From Oligoflexus sp. (GTDB taxonomy: Bacteria; Bdellovibrionota_B; Oligoflexia; Oligoflexales; Oligoflexaceae): a stretch of 34,144 bases of DNA. The notes beneath the pieces were generated by a model. That model had not been told where the DNA came from. It did not search any database and saw only the letters and a program-made list of their open reading frames with translations. Position numbers and translations under genes: made by a program. Shown piece by piece: positions 18,826-28,385 of this stretch. Location of the stretch: contig JBGSTX010000190.1 of the NCBI GenBank assembly GCA_041736305.1, positions 1 through 34,144 on the forward strand, given 5' to 3'. Each line of letters begins with the position of its first letter. Position 1 is the first letter of the stretch.

Positions 18826-18843
18826 TTAGGTAAAGAGGCATTT

Positions 18844-19224
18844 ATGCGACACAAACATGGCTATAGAAAACTGGGTCGAGATTCAGATCACCGTAGAGCG
18901 ATGCTCCGCAATCTCGCGACTTCTTTGATTACCCACGAGCGAATCACAACCACACTCCCACGTGCGAAAGAGCTGCGTAGTGTTGTGGAGAAGATGGTCA
19001 CCCTTGGCAAGAAGGGAAGCCTTCATCATCGTCGGCAGGCGAGCAGCTATCTTTTTGAGAAAGAAGCCGTCGTGAAAGTATTCAGTGATCTAGCGGGACG
19101 TTTCAAGGACCGTCAGGGCGGCTATGTGCGCATTCTGAAGCGTGGCCTTCGTGCCGGCGACGGTGCCCAAATGGCTATCATTGAATTCGTTGACTATGAA
19201 TTGAAAGCCAAGGCCAAAGCCTAG
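18844..19224 (+). CDS. rplQ: 50S ribosomal protein L17
   Basis: MRH...RKLGR...[10 protein letters not shown]...GGYVRI...GDGA. Confidence 0.99.
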   Translation: MRHKHGYRKLGRDSDHRRAMLRNLATSLITHERITTTLPRAKELRSVVEKMVTLGKKGSLHHRRQASSYLFEKEAVVKVFSDLAGRFKDRQGGYVRILKRGLRAGDGAQMAIIEFVDYELKAKAKA

Positions 19225-19247
19225 GTTTTTACGACAGATGGAAGATC

Positions 19248-19275
19248 AAAATCCCGCCCAGAGCGGGATTTTTTT
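19248..19275 (+). terminator. Intrinsic terminator of the ribosomal superoperon
   Basis: AAAATCCCGC-ccaga-GCGGGATTTT, ending in a T7 run, 23 bp after the rplQ stop. Confidence 0.9.
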
Positions 19276-19303
19276 ATGGGAGGAATCAGATCAGAGCCCG
19301 ACA

Positions 19304-19312
19304 TGCTACAAT
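19304..19312 (+). promoter_or_regulatory. Putative extended -10 promoter
   Basis: TG-c-TACAAT between the rplQ terminator and the next gene's SD (AGGAGG). Confidence 0.45.
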
Positions 19313-19340
19313 GTGACATGATCAGTAGGTAGGAGGGATT

Positions 19341-19802
19341 ATGTCGTACAAGAACAGGGCTCATTGGCTAGCTGGGCTGTTTTGGATATCAATGCTCCAG
19401 ATGTCTTGTAAGCCCATTGAGCGGCTTGAGGATGGGCTCGATCGATGGAGCTTTGGTATGACGGGCGGAACGGTGTTTAGTAATCCGTTTTTAGTAAGTA
19501 CAAAACAGCTTCATTTTGATACGGGGGACCTTTTCGGCAAGGATGTCGTTCTTGAAGGGGAGGTGATTAAAAAGGGTGAGGCCGGTACATATTTGGTTTT
19601 GAAAGATGGAGATGGGCGCATTCTGGTAGTCATGACTCAACTTGAAAGCTCTTCTCGGGAGCTCGAGGGATACAAGAGTGGAAGCTTGCGTGTACTTGGT
19701 CGCCTCGAACGTGGTAAAAAGGGGCTTCCCTACGTGCTGGCTAAGGCGATTAAGGCAGGCGAGGGTTCGGCACCTTCTCTAGGTGCTACGTCCAAGCAGT
19801 AG
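19341..19802 (+). CDS. Putative lipoprotein with an OB-fold-like domain
   Basis: Signal peptide ending MLQMS-C (lipobox-like). GKDVVLEGEV...YLVLKDGDGRILVV...LRVLGRL is an OB-fold strand pattern. Strong SD. Confidence 0.65.
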   Translation: MSYKNRAHWLAGLFWISMLQMSCKPIERLEDGLDRWSFGMTGGTVFSNPFLVSTKQLHFDTGDLFGKDVVLEGEVIKKGEAGTYLVLKDGDGRILVVMTQLESSSRELEGYKSGSLRVLGRLERGKKGLPYVLAKAIKAGEGSAPSLGATSKQ

Positions 19803-19854
19803 AGCACAGATGTTTGCTTAGCTTGAAGAAGCCGAACGCGGAGAATATCTAGTC

Positions 19855-20946
19855 ATGACCCTATTCATCTATGTTCTCCGCGACTTTTTTCGGTACGTGT
19901 TCAGCACCTTGTTTCTCTGTGTTTTTCTCTTCATGCTTTTCGACTTCATTCATAAGACCACCAATTATATTCCCCGCTATAATCCAAGCACCGATCTACT
20001 CTTAAAAGTATATCTTTATCAGTTGCCGAATCTCATCTCGCAAGCTCTGCCAATTGCATCTCTTTTAGCCTCAGTTATCACCATGGTCCTCTTGAGCCGT
20101 ACCAATGAAGTAACAGCGATGCGAGCTGCGGGTATGGGACCTGGTTTAGTCGGTATGCCGGTCGTGGTGGGAGGGCTTATACTATGCCTTTGCTCAGTCC
20201 TTATTGGTGAATGGATGCTCCCGCGGTCGGCGGCACGCTTGCACTTCATTCAAGAGGTGCAGATCGAGCGAGAATCGGAAACACAAATTGCCGAGGGAGC
20301 ACGTTGGCTAAAGAGCGGCAACATGCTTTACAATTTTCGGGATTATGATCCGATTACCAATATGATGACCGTCGTCAAGGCAATCGAGATGGGCGATAAC
20401 TTTCGGCCTAAGCGAAGTATAGAGGCACGTTTAGCGACCTATCGTCCTGAGTTCGACGACTGGTTGTTGGAAGATGTAAAGATCCTCTATTTCTGGCCTA
20501 AGGGGACCTTGTCTTACAGTGAAGAGCGGGAGGTCATGCCGGTCAAGATTCCAGTGGAGCCGACAAAGCTTAAAAAAGAGAGGCGCCTACCTAATGAGCT
20601 ATCGTCGCGAGAGCTAGTTGATCTGATCCGTAAGGGGACAGCGTCTGGAGCCGATGTTCAATTCTATCGTGTCGATTTTCATACAAAGTTGGCTTTTCAC
20701 TTCGCACCGCTGGTTGTATGTCTCATAGGGCTCAAGTTTGGTTATAAGTCGGAACGCACCATGGAAACGGCGCGAGGTGTTCTCTTGGCTGTTGCGATAG
20801 GCATGAGTTACTGGTTTATTTTAAATGCTGCCCGAGCCCTGGCGAAGCGAGGTATCCTGCACCCCATACCTGCTGCCTGGGTTGCTAACGTAGTAATATT
20901 TTCCGTTTCCATCTTCAACATCATGCATCAGAAAAAAAAGGCTTAA
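19855..20946 (+). CDS. lptG: LptF/LptG-family LPS export ABC permease (LptG-like)
   Basis: Y..R.F N-terminus, ALPIASLLA...LSRTNEVTAMRAAG, a periplasmic beta domain, and C-terminal HPIPAAWVAN. The F versus G assignment is uncertain. Confidence 0.85.
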   Translation: MTLFIYVLRDFFRYVFSTLFLCVFLFMLFDFIHKTTNYIPRYNPSTDLLLKVYLYQLPNLISQALPIASLLASVITMVLLSRTNEVTAMRAAGMGPGLVGMPVVVGGLILCLCSVLIGEWMLPRSAARLHFIQEVQIERESETQIAEGARWLKSGNMLYNFRDYDPITNMMTVVKAIEMGDNFRPKRSIEARLATYRPEFDDWLLEDVKILYFWPKGTLSYSEEREVMPVKIPVEPTKLKKERRLPNELSSRELVDLIRKGTASGADVQFYRVDFHTKLAFHFAPLVVCLIGLKFGYKSERTMETARGVLLAVAIGMSYWFILNAARALAKRGILHPIPAAWVANVVIFSVSIFNIMHQKKKA

Positions 20947-21626
20947 GCGATAATATCGGCAAAGCATTGCACGCCTTTATGCTGAGGACTAGGCTTGGTG
21001 CCAGGACGAAGCAATTGGTAGGTCTGCATTCCTGCTGTGTGAGCAGCATCTAATTCTTCAGATATATCCGAGAGGAATAGACAGTCATCCGCATTAGCTT
21101 CACAGCGAGCGAAAATGTTTCGATATGAGGAGGAGTCTCGCTTAGATCCTATCGCAGTATCGAAATATTTTTTAAAGTAAGGGGTGAGATCTCCATACTC
21201 GCTGTAGGTAAAAAGCAATTTTTGGGCTTCTACTGATCCCGATGAATAGACAGCGAGATTAATTCCTCTTTCGTGCCAGTCCTTCAGGGCTGGCGGAACA
21301 TCGGAATAAACGTGGGAGCGATAGTGACCATTTTCGTAACCAGCCTTCCAAATTTTGCCTTGCAAAGCTTTTAGAAGTGAATGCTTTTTGTCTTCATCTA
21401 TCCAACCTATTAGTTTTGCCACAATCAGCTCAAGATCGATCCGCTCACTGGCCGAACGATTAAGATCTTCTTGCCACAAACGGGTTAAGATCTCCCTAAT
21501 CTCTGGGGTATCACGGTACTTCTGTACAAATTCCCGCATCTGGGTGCGGGAATATGGAAAAAGCACGCTATGTACGAAATCTATGGAGGTCGTTGTGCCT
21601 TCTATGTCGGTTATTATCCAGGCCAC
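20943..21626 (-). CDS. mtnC: Enolase-phosphatase E1 (acireductone synthase)
   Basis: TDIEGTT..I.FV..VLFPY, LKALQGKIW, VYSSGSVEAQKLLF, LFLSDI.EELDAA. GTG at 21626 with SD GGAGG. Confidence 0.96.
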   Translation of the reverse strand: MAWIITDIEGTTTSIDFVHSVLFPYSRTQMREFVQKYRDTPEIREILTRLWQEDLNRSASERIDLELIVAKLIGWIDEDKKHSLLKALQGKIWKAGYENGHYRSHVYSDVPPALKDWHERGINLAVYSSGSVEAQKLLFTYSEYGDLTPYFKKYFDTAIGSKRDSSSYRNIFARCEANADDCLFLSDISEELDAAHTAGMQTYQLLRPGTKPSPQHKGVQCFADIIA

Positions 21627-21639
21627 TAATTGGCCTCCA

Positions 21640-22164
21640 TCAATATGTCGGGTTGAATGCAAGGTCGATACCGGAGTCTGTGTACTGAGGAACCCAGCCG
21701 GCTTTATCTATAAAGACCCGGATTGATTTTACAAAGGGCTTAGGACCCAGATCGAACCAATGTTTGACGCCTGCCGGTACGCTGAGGAGATCACCAGCCT
21801 GGCAAAGGACGGAGAAGACTTCCTCATTGAGATGAAACCAAAAGAGGCCTTCTCCATGCACAAAAAAGCGGATTTCATCTTCAGAGTGAGTGTGTTCCGC
21901 CAGGAATTTCTTTCGTACCCCGAGTAAATCAGGGGTGTGTTCGTGAACATTGATAACGTCAGCTGTCTTGTAGCCGCCTTTTGCCATGAAGGGACCGAGG
22001 ACGTGCTCGTAAGCACCAAGAATTTCGTCCTGACTGGCTTCTCTGGGAAGAGCTGCTGCAGCTTCCCACTTATCATGCCAAATACCCCGTGCCTCTAAGA
22101 AAGCCTGGATATCGCTGAATTGATCCAAGCGCTGACCTTTACTAGGAAAATTCAATATGGCCAT
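21640..22164 (-). CDS. mtnD: Acireductone dioxygenase (cupin)
   Basis: KFLAEHTHSEDEIRFFVHGEG...GDLLSVPAGVKHWFD metal ligands. ATG at 22164 with SD GGAGGG. Confidence 0.95.
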   Translation of the reverse strand: MAILNFPSKGQRLDQFSDIQAFLEARGIWHDKWEAAAALPREASQDEILGAYEHVLGPFMAKGGYKTADVINVHEHTPDLLGVRKKFLAEHTHSEDEIRFFVHGEGLFWFHLNEEVFSVLCQAGDLLSVPAGVKHWFDLGPKPFVKSIRVFIDKAGWVPQYTDSGIDLAFNPTY

Positions 22165-22295
22165 GTCGAGCCCTCCCTCTCGTTCTCGAGAAGGACTAAC
22201 AGAAGCCAAGAAAGATTTCGAGACTAAAGGAAAAGGAGAGCTGAAGCGCGAGCAGTAACTGGTCAATATGACTGCTATAGAATAGGCCAAAAGAG

Positions 22296-22323
22296 TTGAC
22301 TTTTAAAAGTTCACCTGTTAAAT
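22296..22323 (+). promoter_or_regulatory. Putative sigma70 promoter for the rimP operon
   Basis: TTGACT (22296-22301), 16-bp spacer, TTAAAT. The -10 is imperfect. Confidence 0.4.
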
Positions 22324-22420
22324 GGAGGACGTACGAATTTAACTCATTTGTACCACACAATCATGGTCTCTAGGATGCCTTGCTCACCGTGGTGGTTGTT
22401 GCGGGCTATTTTTATTTTTA

Positions 22421-22888
22421 GTGGTCAAATCTATGGATCGTCAAAGTCGAGACAAAGTCATGGCATTTGTGGGCGCTTATATTGAGCCCTTAGGCTATGA
22501 ATGCGTCGAGGTAGAGTGGGATGCGGCAGAAGAAACGCTGCGTATATTTATCGATCATGCAGACGGCATCCGCATGGAAGACTGCCTTCGGGTCAACGAC
22601 GCTTTGATTGAAAATACCGAGCTTGATGCCTTAATGCGCGGAGATTACCGCCTTGAGGTTAGCTCGCCTGGTATCGAACGACCTCTACGCAAACGCGATC
22701 ATTTCAGTAAATTTGCAGGTCAGCCTGTTTTTATTCGACTGCAGGATAGGGTTCAGAATCGGACAGAAGGGTCGGGAAAGCTTCTTGGAATTGACCAAGA
22801 TGATGTCGTATCCTTAGAATTACCGGCAGGCATCTGGACCTTTCCTTTCCAAACGATCCGCAAAGCTCATATTGTGTTCGACTGGTAA
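22421..22888 (+). CDS. rimP: Ribosome maturation factor RimP
   Basis: LRIFID...EDC...YRLEVSSPGIERPL; upstream of nusA. Alternative ATG at 22433. Confidence 0.96.
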   Translation: MVKSMDRQSRDKVMAFVGAYIEPLGYECVEVEWDAAEETLRIFIDHADGIRMEDCLRVNDALIENTELDALMRGDYRLEVSSPGIERPLRKRDHFSKFAGQPVFIRLQDRVQNRTEGSGKLLGIDQDDVVSLELPAGIWTFPFQTIRKAHIVFDW

Positions 22889-22951
22889 GCAGCACAGGCA
22901 TAGTGTTGGGGTGACGGGTCTTTCTTATCTACGCATAAGGATCGACGGACG

Positions 22952-24526
22952 ATGACTTTACTCGATAGTTCAGAACTCGAATCAGAGCTCCGCAAGGTGA
23001 TCTCCGGCGTCAGCCGCGATAAAAATTTGGATAAAGCGGTTATCATTGATGCCCTTCAACAGGCCGTTGTACATGCTGCGCGGCGCACGCTGGGCGCTAC
23101 TGCGGACCTTGAAGCTCACTATAACGAAGATACGGACGAGATTGAACTATTTCAGTTTCGAACAGTTGTCGATGACGATGATGTCGCCAACGAAAACCTG
23201 GAAATTGCCCTGCAGGATGCACGTAAACTTGACCCAGAAACAGTTCTGGGTGACGCCATCGGTATCAAAATTGATACTTCTAAATTTGGTCGTATCGCAG
23301 CTCAATCCGCGAAGCAAATCATCGTTCAGAAAGTGCGCGATGCGGAGCGGGCCCAAGTTCATGAAGAATTTAAGGATCGAGTTGGAGAGATTCTCAGTGG
23401 TTACGTGCGTCGCTTTGAAAGAAACGATATCATCGTCGACCTAGGCCGGACGGAAGCCGTGATTCCTTATAAGGAACAGGGACCGACTGAAAAATTTCGA
23501 GTCAAAGATCGCATTCAGGCTTACGTGGTTGACGTCAAACGTTCGAGCCGCGGTCCGCAAATTATAATGTCCCGAGCCCACCCCGGTTTCCTGGTCGCTT
23601 TATTCAGTCAGCATGTCACCGAAATTTATGATGGAATTGTAACGATTGAGGCTGCCGCTCGGGATCCAGGCTATCGCTCCAAGATCGCGGTTTATTCGCG
23701 CGATTCTTCGGTCGACCCTGTAGGGGCCTGTGTTGGCATGAAAGGCTCGCGCGTTCAGGCTGTCGTTAATGAGTTGAATGGCGAAAAGATTGATATTATA
23801 CCCTACGATTACGACCCAGCTAGACTAGTCTGCAATGCCTTGGCACCCGCGGTTGTTAGCAAGGTCATCGTTGAAGAAGAGACCCATGGCATGGAAGTGA
23901 TTGTTGCTGACGATCAGCTGTCGCTCGCTATCGGTAAGCGGGGTCAAAACGTACGGCTCGCTGCCCAGTTGACTGGTTGGAAGCTCGATATTAAGAGCGA
24001 ATCCTCGGTCGAAGAACGACTGGCAGGAGCTAAAGATATTCTGACTACGATCGAAGGCCTTGACGATATGACTGCTGAGCTTCTTGTGCAGGAGGGTTAC
24101 ATGACCCCCGCAGACGTGGCTCAGATGTCGCCTCGGACTCTTAATCGTCTCCTCAACATGGACCACGATCAAGCTTTGATCTTAGTCGAAAAAGCCAAAG
24201 AAGCAGCCAGCCAGATGGCGCAGGGCAAAGGTGAAATCAGGCGTCTGTCAGCTGCTCCCAGCGAACTGCTCGCAAATTCCTCAGCCTCTCCCCTTGCTCT
24301 TGACAATAAGGCCGAAGACTCTCAAATTAGCGAGCGAGTTAAGGTCTTTTTGGAGCTTTCGGGTGTGGGTGAAGCCAATGCTCACGCTTTGGCTGAGGGT
24401 GGATACGTCACAATTGGTGATATAGTCGCCGATTCCGTCGAAGAAGTAGCTCAGAAAACAGGTTTGTCGATTGGCGTAGCGCGGACTATCCAGATGGCAG
24501 CCGATCGCTATTTACAGTCTGAGTGA
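22952..24526 (+). CDS. nusA: Transcription termination/antitermination factor NusA, long form with C-terminal HhH-like repeats
   Basis: FGRIAAQSAKQII, ARDPGYRSKIAV, DPVGACVGMKGSRV, LSLAIGKRGQNVRLA. Confidence 0.98.
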   Translation: MTLLDSSELESELRKVISGVSRDKNLDKAVIIDALQQAVVHAARRTLGATADLEAHYNEDTDEIELFQFRTVVDDDDVANENLEIALQDARKLDPETVLGDAIGIKIDTSKFGRIAAQSAKQIIVQKVRDAERAQVHEEFKDRVGEILSGYVRRFERNDIIVDLGRTEAVIPYKEQGPTEKFRVKDRIQAYVVDVKRSSRGPQIIMSRAHPGFLVALFSQHVTEIYDGIVTIEAAARDPGYRSKIAVYSRDSSVDPVGACVGMKGSRVQAVVNELNGEKIDIIPYDYDPARLVCNALAPAVVSKVIVEEETHGMEVIVADDQLSLAIGKRGQNVRLAAQLTGWKLDIKSESSVEERLAGAKDILTTIEGLDDMTAELLVQEGYMTPADVAQMSPRTLNRLLNMDHDQALILVEKAKEAASQMAQGKGEIRRLSAAPSELLANSSASPLALDNKAEDSQISERVKVFLELSGVGEANAHALAEGGYVTIGDIVADSVEEVAQKTGLSIGVARTIQMAADRYLQSE

Positions 24527-24648
24527 TCAAAGAGGGGAAGGATTACCGATCCCCTCAGCTCTCATGGAGAGCATAAACCTTTTGCCATGCTACGCTTCGG
24601 GTGGGTGGCTAAAGGTCAATCAGAAGAACATTGGGGGACGGTTAACGA

Positions 24649-27600
24649 ATGTCCAAAATTCGTGTATACGAGCTAGCCCGTGAGCTTAAAATTGAAAGCA
24701 AGCTGCTCGTCAATAAGCTTAAGGACCTCGGCATTGAAGTCGCAAGCCATCAGAGTACATTAAGCGCTGATCAAATTCTAAAGATTAAGCGTGAGCTGAG
24801 TGGCGATGCTTCTAGCCGAGCTCCTAAAACCAGTCCGTCTGTTATACGGCGTCGCCGTAGTCCAGCAGAGGAGGCTGCAGCCGCTACCCCAGAGATGTCA
24901 GATGAAGATCTCGAAGGAGCGGAGCCAGAAGTCGCAAGAGCTGTCGAGACCGAGCCCTCAAGCGATGCAGCAGAAATAAGTGCTCGCGCCAGAGGCGAGG
25001 ATGTTGAAGAGAACGGGATTGAAGCCCAGGCTGAGCCGGTACCGGCACCAGCAGCCCCACCTGAGCCTTCAGCGGTTCCCTTGGCTTCAGCGTTGACAGC
25101 GACGGAGTCCATGAAAGCGCAGGAGTCGCCTCCTTCGGCTTCCGCGACCATGGCATCTCAACCCCCGGCTCCAGCGGCTTCTAGTATTGAGAAGCCCGCT
25201 GCCGCTCCACCTCCAGCGGCAGAAGAAGCCGTCAGTAGACCTGCGGCTACGAGGGCTGATACCGAAACACCTCCGGCTCCGCCTCGAGTTAGCGAGACGA
25301 TGAGTCGTCCAGCGGCTCGACCGGAAGCAAGGCCGGTAAGTCATAGTCCTGCATCGGAGTCCCGTTCTATGCCCCGTCCCCAAGATGGATATGAAACTGC
25401 GAAGATCGTTCGGCGTGAACCACCACCACCCCCGCCGTCTCAGTCTCAGACGGCGCATGCTTCTGCACCCTCTCATGTTATAAAATCTCCGGGGCAGCCC
25501 GGAGGAGCAACTATAGTTCGGCGCTTGGCTACTAATGAAGATGGCGAGCCTCGACGGGTCAGCTCTCCGATTAAAATCGGAGGTGGAGCATCTAGCGGCG
25601 GGCATTCGCCTAGTCCAATGCAGCGCAGTGGTCCTGGTGGTTTCCCATCTTCGCGTCCACCCGCGCACGAAGGTGGCCCTCGCCGGACTGGTGAAATGAT
25701 TCGAAGTGGAGGGATGAGTAAACCCCACGAAGTTGAAGTCCCGGCTGAGCTCGTTAGCGGTAAAGCCGCATGGCGTGAAGACGGACTAAAAGTCAAAGAG
25801 AAAGACAAAGAAAAAGATAAGAAGCGCACCTTCCTCAACACGGAAGCGGACGAACCAGTTCTGAAGCGGCAGCCTAAACAGCGTCGGGATCAGGTGAATC
25901 TTCGCTCTTTACTCAATCAGGCAGACTCTATCGAAGAAGAGTTTGTCGAACCTGAGGTGGTTGAGGCTCCCGTAGAAGAAGATAAAAAGCGAACCGTCTA
26001 CATGCCGCAAGCGCCGCATCGTAGAAAAGATATTAAGCGTCGCAAGGACCTGAAAAAGACCCAGCTAACAACACCACGTGCCTCCTACCGTGTAGTTAAA
26101 ATGGGCCAGGAAATCACCGTAAGCGAACTAGCGAAACAGTTAGCAATCAAAGCTACTGACATCATCAAGAAGTTGATGGGTCAGGGTATTATGGCAACGA
26201 TCAATCAGCCGCTAGATTTTGATACAGCTACCCTTCTGTCTTCAGAGTACGGCTTCGAAGTTAAGAGCAATATAGTATCAATCGAAGACATCTTGACTGA
26301 AAAGCGCAAAGCTCATGAAGGCGCTGAAATGGTCGAGCGTCCCCCGATCGTCACCATTATGGGTCACGTCGATCACGGTAAAACATCGATCCTTGATGCT
26401 ATTCGTAAGGCTAAAGTTGCAGCTTCCGAAGCTGGTGGTATTACGCAGCATATTGGTGCCTATACCGTTGAAGAAGGTGGCCGGCAGATTGCTTTCCTGG
26501 ATACGCCTGGTCACGAAGCCTTCTCTTCCATGCGTGCAAGGGGAGCAAGCGTTACAGATATCGTTGTACTCGTCGTTGCCGCTGACGATGGTGTGATGCC
26601 CCAGACCGTGGAGGCTATTTCACACGCTCGCGCTGCAAACGTGCCAATTATTGTTGCTATCAATAAAATTGATAAACCTAATAAGAACTTCGATCGGATT
26701 CACGCAGAGCTCGCTGAGCACGGCATTCAGTCGGAAGACTGGGGCGGTGAAAATCAGTTTGTGCGGGTTTCAGCTCTACAAGGGATTGGTATCGATGACC
26801 TCCTGGAAGCAATTCTGCTTCAATCGGAAGTCCTCGAACTGAGAACTCCTCTCGATGTACCTGCCTCGGGTGTCGTTGTCGAAGCTCATTTGGACAAAGG
26901 ACGCGGACCGGTTGCAACCATCATGGTGCAGAAGGGTATTCTCAGCGTCGGTGATCATGTCGTTGCTGGATCCAAGATTGGCCGCGTTCGTGCTATGCAT
27001 GATCATACAGGAAAGCGCGTGAAATTCGCTGGCCCATCAACTCCCGTGGAAGTCGTGGGGCTTTCTGAAGTTCCCATGGCCGGAGATAAAGTCGATGCGG
27101 TCGAAGATGAAAAAACTTCAAGGGAAGTTGCGGATTGGCGCAAAGATATTGAATTCCGTAGTTCTCAAAGTCGCTCCTCGGCAGCTTCGCTCGATCAGCT
27201 ACTAGCCAAGGTGAAAGAAGCTGAAACTCCTGAAGTGCCGGTTATTATTAAAGCGGACACTCAAGGTTCGGTCGAAGCTATTGCAGAAGCAGTCACTAAA
27301 CTCAATTCGGATAGAGTTCGAAACCGGATCGTTCATAAAGCGGTCGGTGGTATCAACGAGTCGGATATCTCTTTGGCAGCTACCTCGGGCGCTGTACTCT
27401 TTGGTTTCAACGTCCGTGCGGCACGCGGTTTAGATGACCTAGCTGAGAAGCAAGGTATTCTAATAAAGTATTTTAGTGTGATCTATGAAATCGTCGATGT
27501 ACTCAAGTCGGTGATGGCAGGCAAGCTGCCGCCGATACAGAAGGAAGTTATTCAAGGTCATGCCGAAGTTCGTCAGACTATTAAAGTGCCTAAAATCGGG

Positions 27601-27840
27601 ATTGTTGCCGGTACTTCAGTGCTCGACGGTAAAATCACCCGGAACTCACAGCTGCGGCTTATCCGAAACGATGTTGTTATCTACTCGGGCAGGATTGGTT
27701 CACTGCGCCGCTTCAAGGACGATGTCCGTGAGGTCGTTCAGGGCTACGAGTGCGGTATTGCGATTGAAGGTTACTCTGATATCCGCGAAGGCGATGTAAT
27801 CGAAACCTTCATAATTGAAGAGCATGCACCGGCTCTTTGA
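24649..27840 (+). CDS. infB: Translation initiation factor IF-2
   Basis: IF2[12 protein letters not shown]; GTPase motifs [23 protein letters not shown]-terminal GYECGI. Confidence 0.99.
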   Translation: MSKIRVYELARELKIESKLLVNKLKDLGIEVASHQSTLSADQILKIKRELSGDASSRAPKTSPSVIRRRRSPAEEAAAATPEMSDEDLEGAEPEVARAVETEPSSDAAEISARARGEDVEENGIEAQAEPVPAPAAPPEPSAVPLASALTATESMKAQESPPSASATMASQPPAPAASSIEKPAAAPPPAAEEAVSRPAATRADTETPPAPPRVSETMSRPAARPEARPVSHSPASESRSMPRPQDGYETAKIVRREPPPPPPSQSQTAHASAPSHVIKSPGQPGGATIVRRLATNEDGEPRRVSSPIKIGGGASSGGHSPSPMQRSGPGGFPSSRPPAHEGGPRRTGEMIRSGGMSKPHEVEVPAELVSGKAAWREDGLKVKEKDKEKDKKRTFLNTEADEPVLKRQPKQRRDQVNLRSLLNQADSIEEEFVEPEVVEAPVEEDKKRTVYMPQAPHRRKDIKRRKDLKKTQLTTPRASYRVVKMGQEITVSELAKQLAIKATDIIKKLMGQGIMATINQPLDFDTATLLSSEYGFEVKSNIVSIEDILTEKRKAHEGAEMVERPPIVTIMGHVDHGKTSILDAIRKAKVAASEAGGITQHIGAYTVEEGGRQIAFLDTPGHEAFSSMRARGASVTDIVVLVVAADDGVMPQTVEAISHARAANVPIIVAINKIDKPNKNFDRIHAELAEHGIQSEDWGGENQFVRVSALQGIGIDDLLEAILLQSEVLELRTPLDVPASGVVVEAHLDKGRGPVATIMVQKGILSVGDHVVAGSKIGRVRAMHDHTGKRVKFAGPSTPVEVVGLSEVPMAGDKVDAVEDEKTSREVADWRKDIEFRSSQSRSSAASLDQLLAKVKEAETPEVPVIIKADTQGSVEAIAEAVTKLNSDRVRNRIVHKAVGGINESDISLAATSGAVLFGFNVRAARGLDDLAEKQGILIKYFSVIYEIVDVLKSVMAGKLPPIQKEVIQGHAEVRQTIKVPKIGIVAGTSVLDGKITRNSQLRLIRNDVVIYSGRIGSLRRFKDDVREVVQGYECGIAIEGYSDIREGDVIETFIIEEHAPAL

Positions 27841-27971
27841 TATTACCTTCTTCCTGAGGTCGGCTCGCTGAAAGCGTCCGTCCTCGCGTTATGAGGCCCA
27901 GCCCTTCTTCAAACGGGCCGGGTTTTTCTTCATTCGGCGCTCCCAAAACAGAGCGCAGAGGACACGATTTT

Positions 27972-28373
27972 ATGGGACTCAGACAAGAGCGAATGGCCGA
28001 TCAGATTAGAGATATACTGGCTTTAAATTTTCAAGGTGGTCAACTTAACGATCCTCGCCTTGAACTCGTGACTCTTACGGCAGTCAAGCTCACTGCCGAC
28101 CTTCAGCTCGCGACTATCTATTACCGAACATACGATGAATCAGCAGCTGCCGGAGCGCAGCGAGGGCTTGAATCAGCCAGCAGTCTTTTTCGAAGGCAAT
28201 TGGGACAAGCACTCGACATCCGCCGCGTGCCGCAGCTTCGCTATCTCTACGACAAGAGTCTCGAACACGCTGCGCGCATCGAGACTTTGCTAGGCGAAAT
28301 AGCTAGCGAGGAATCTCTGGAAGCAGAGAGCGAAAGCGATCAACAAGGCAAAAGTAAAAGCACACCCGGCTGA
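27972..28373 (+). CDS. rbfA: Ribosome-binding factor A
   Basis: R.ERMAD.I...DPRL..VTLT.V....DL..A.IY...RRVPQLRY.YD.S. ATG at 27972 after SD AGAGGA. Confidence 0.95.
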   Translation: MGLRQERMADQIRDILALNFQGGQLNDPRLELVTLTAVKLTADLQLATIYYRTYDESAAAGAQRGLESASSLFRRQLGQALDIRRVPQLRYLYDKSLEHAARIETLLGEIASEESLEAESESDQQGKSKSTPG

Positions 28374-28385
28374 AAGGAATTTATT

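Noticed and set aside
22165..22420. metY-like tRNA or known SAM riboswitch upstream of rimP/mtnD
   Set aside because: No cloverleaf or T-loop, and no recognisable SAM-I, SAM-II or SAH consensus on either strand.
25708..25716. Internal IF2 isoform start (GGAGG near an ATG)
   Set aside because: SD-to-start spacing of 1 nt is too short.
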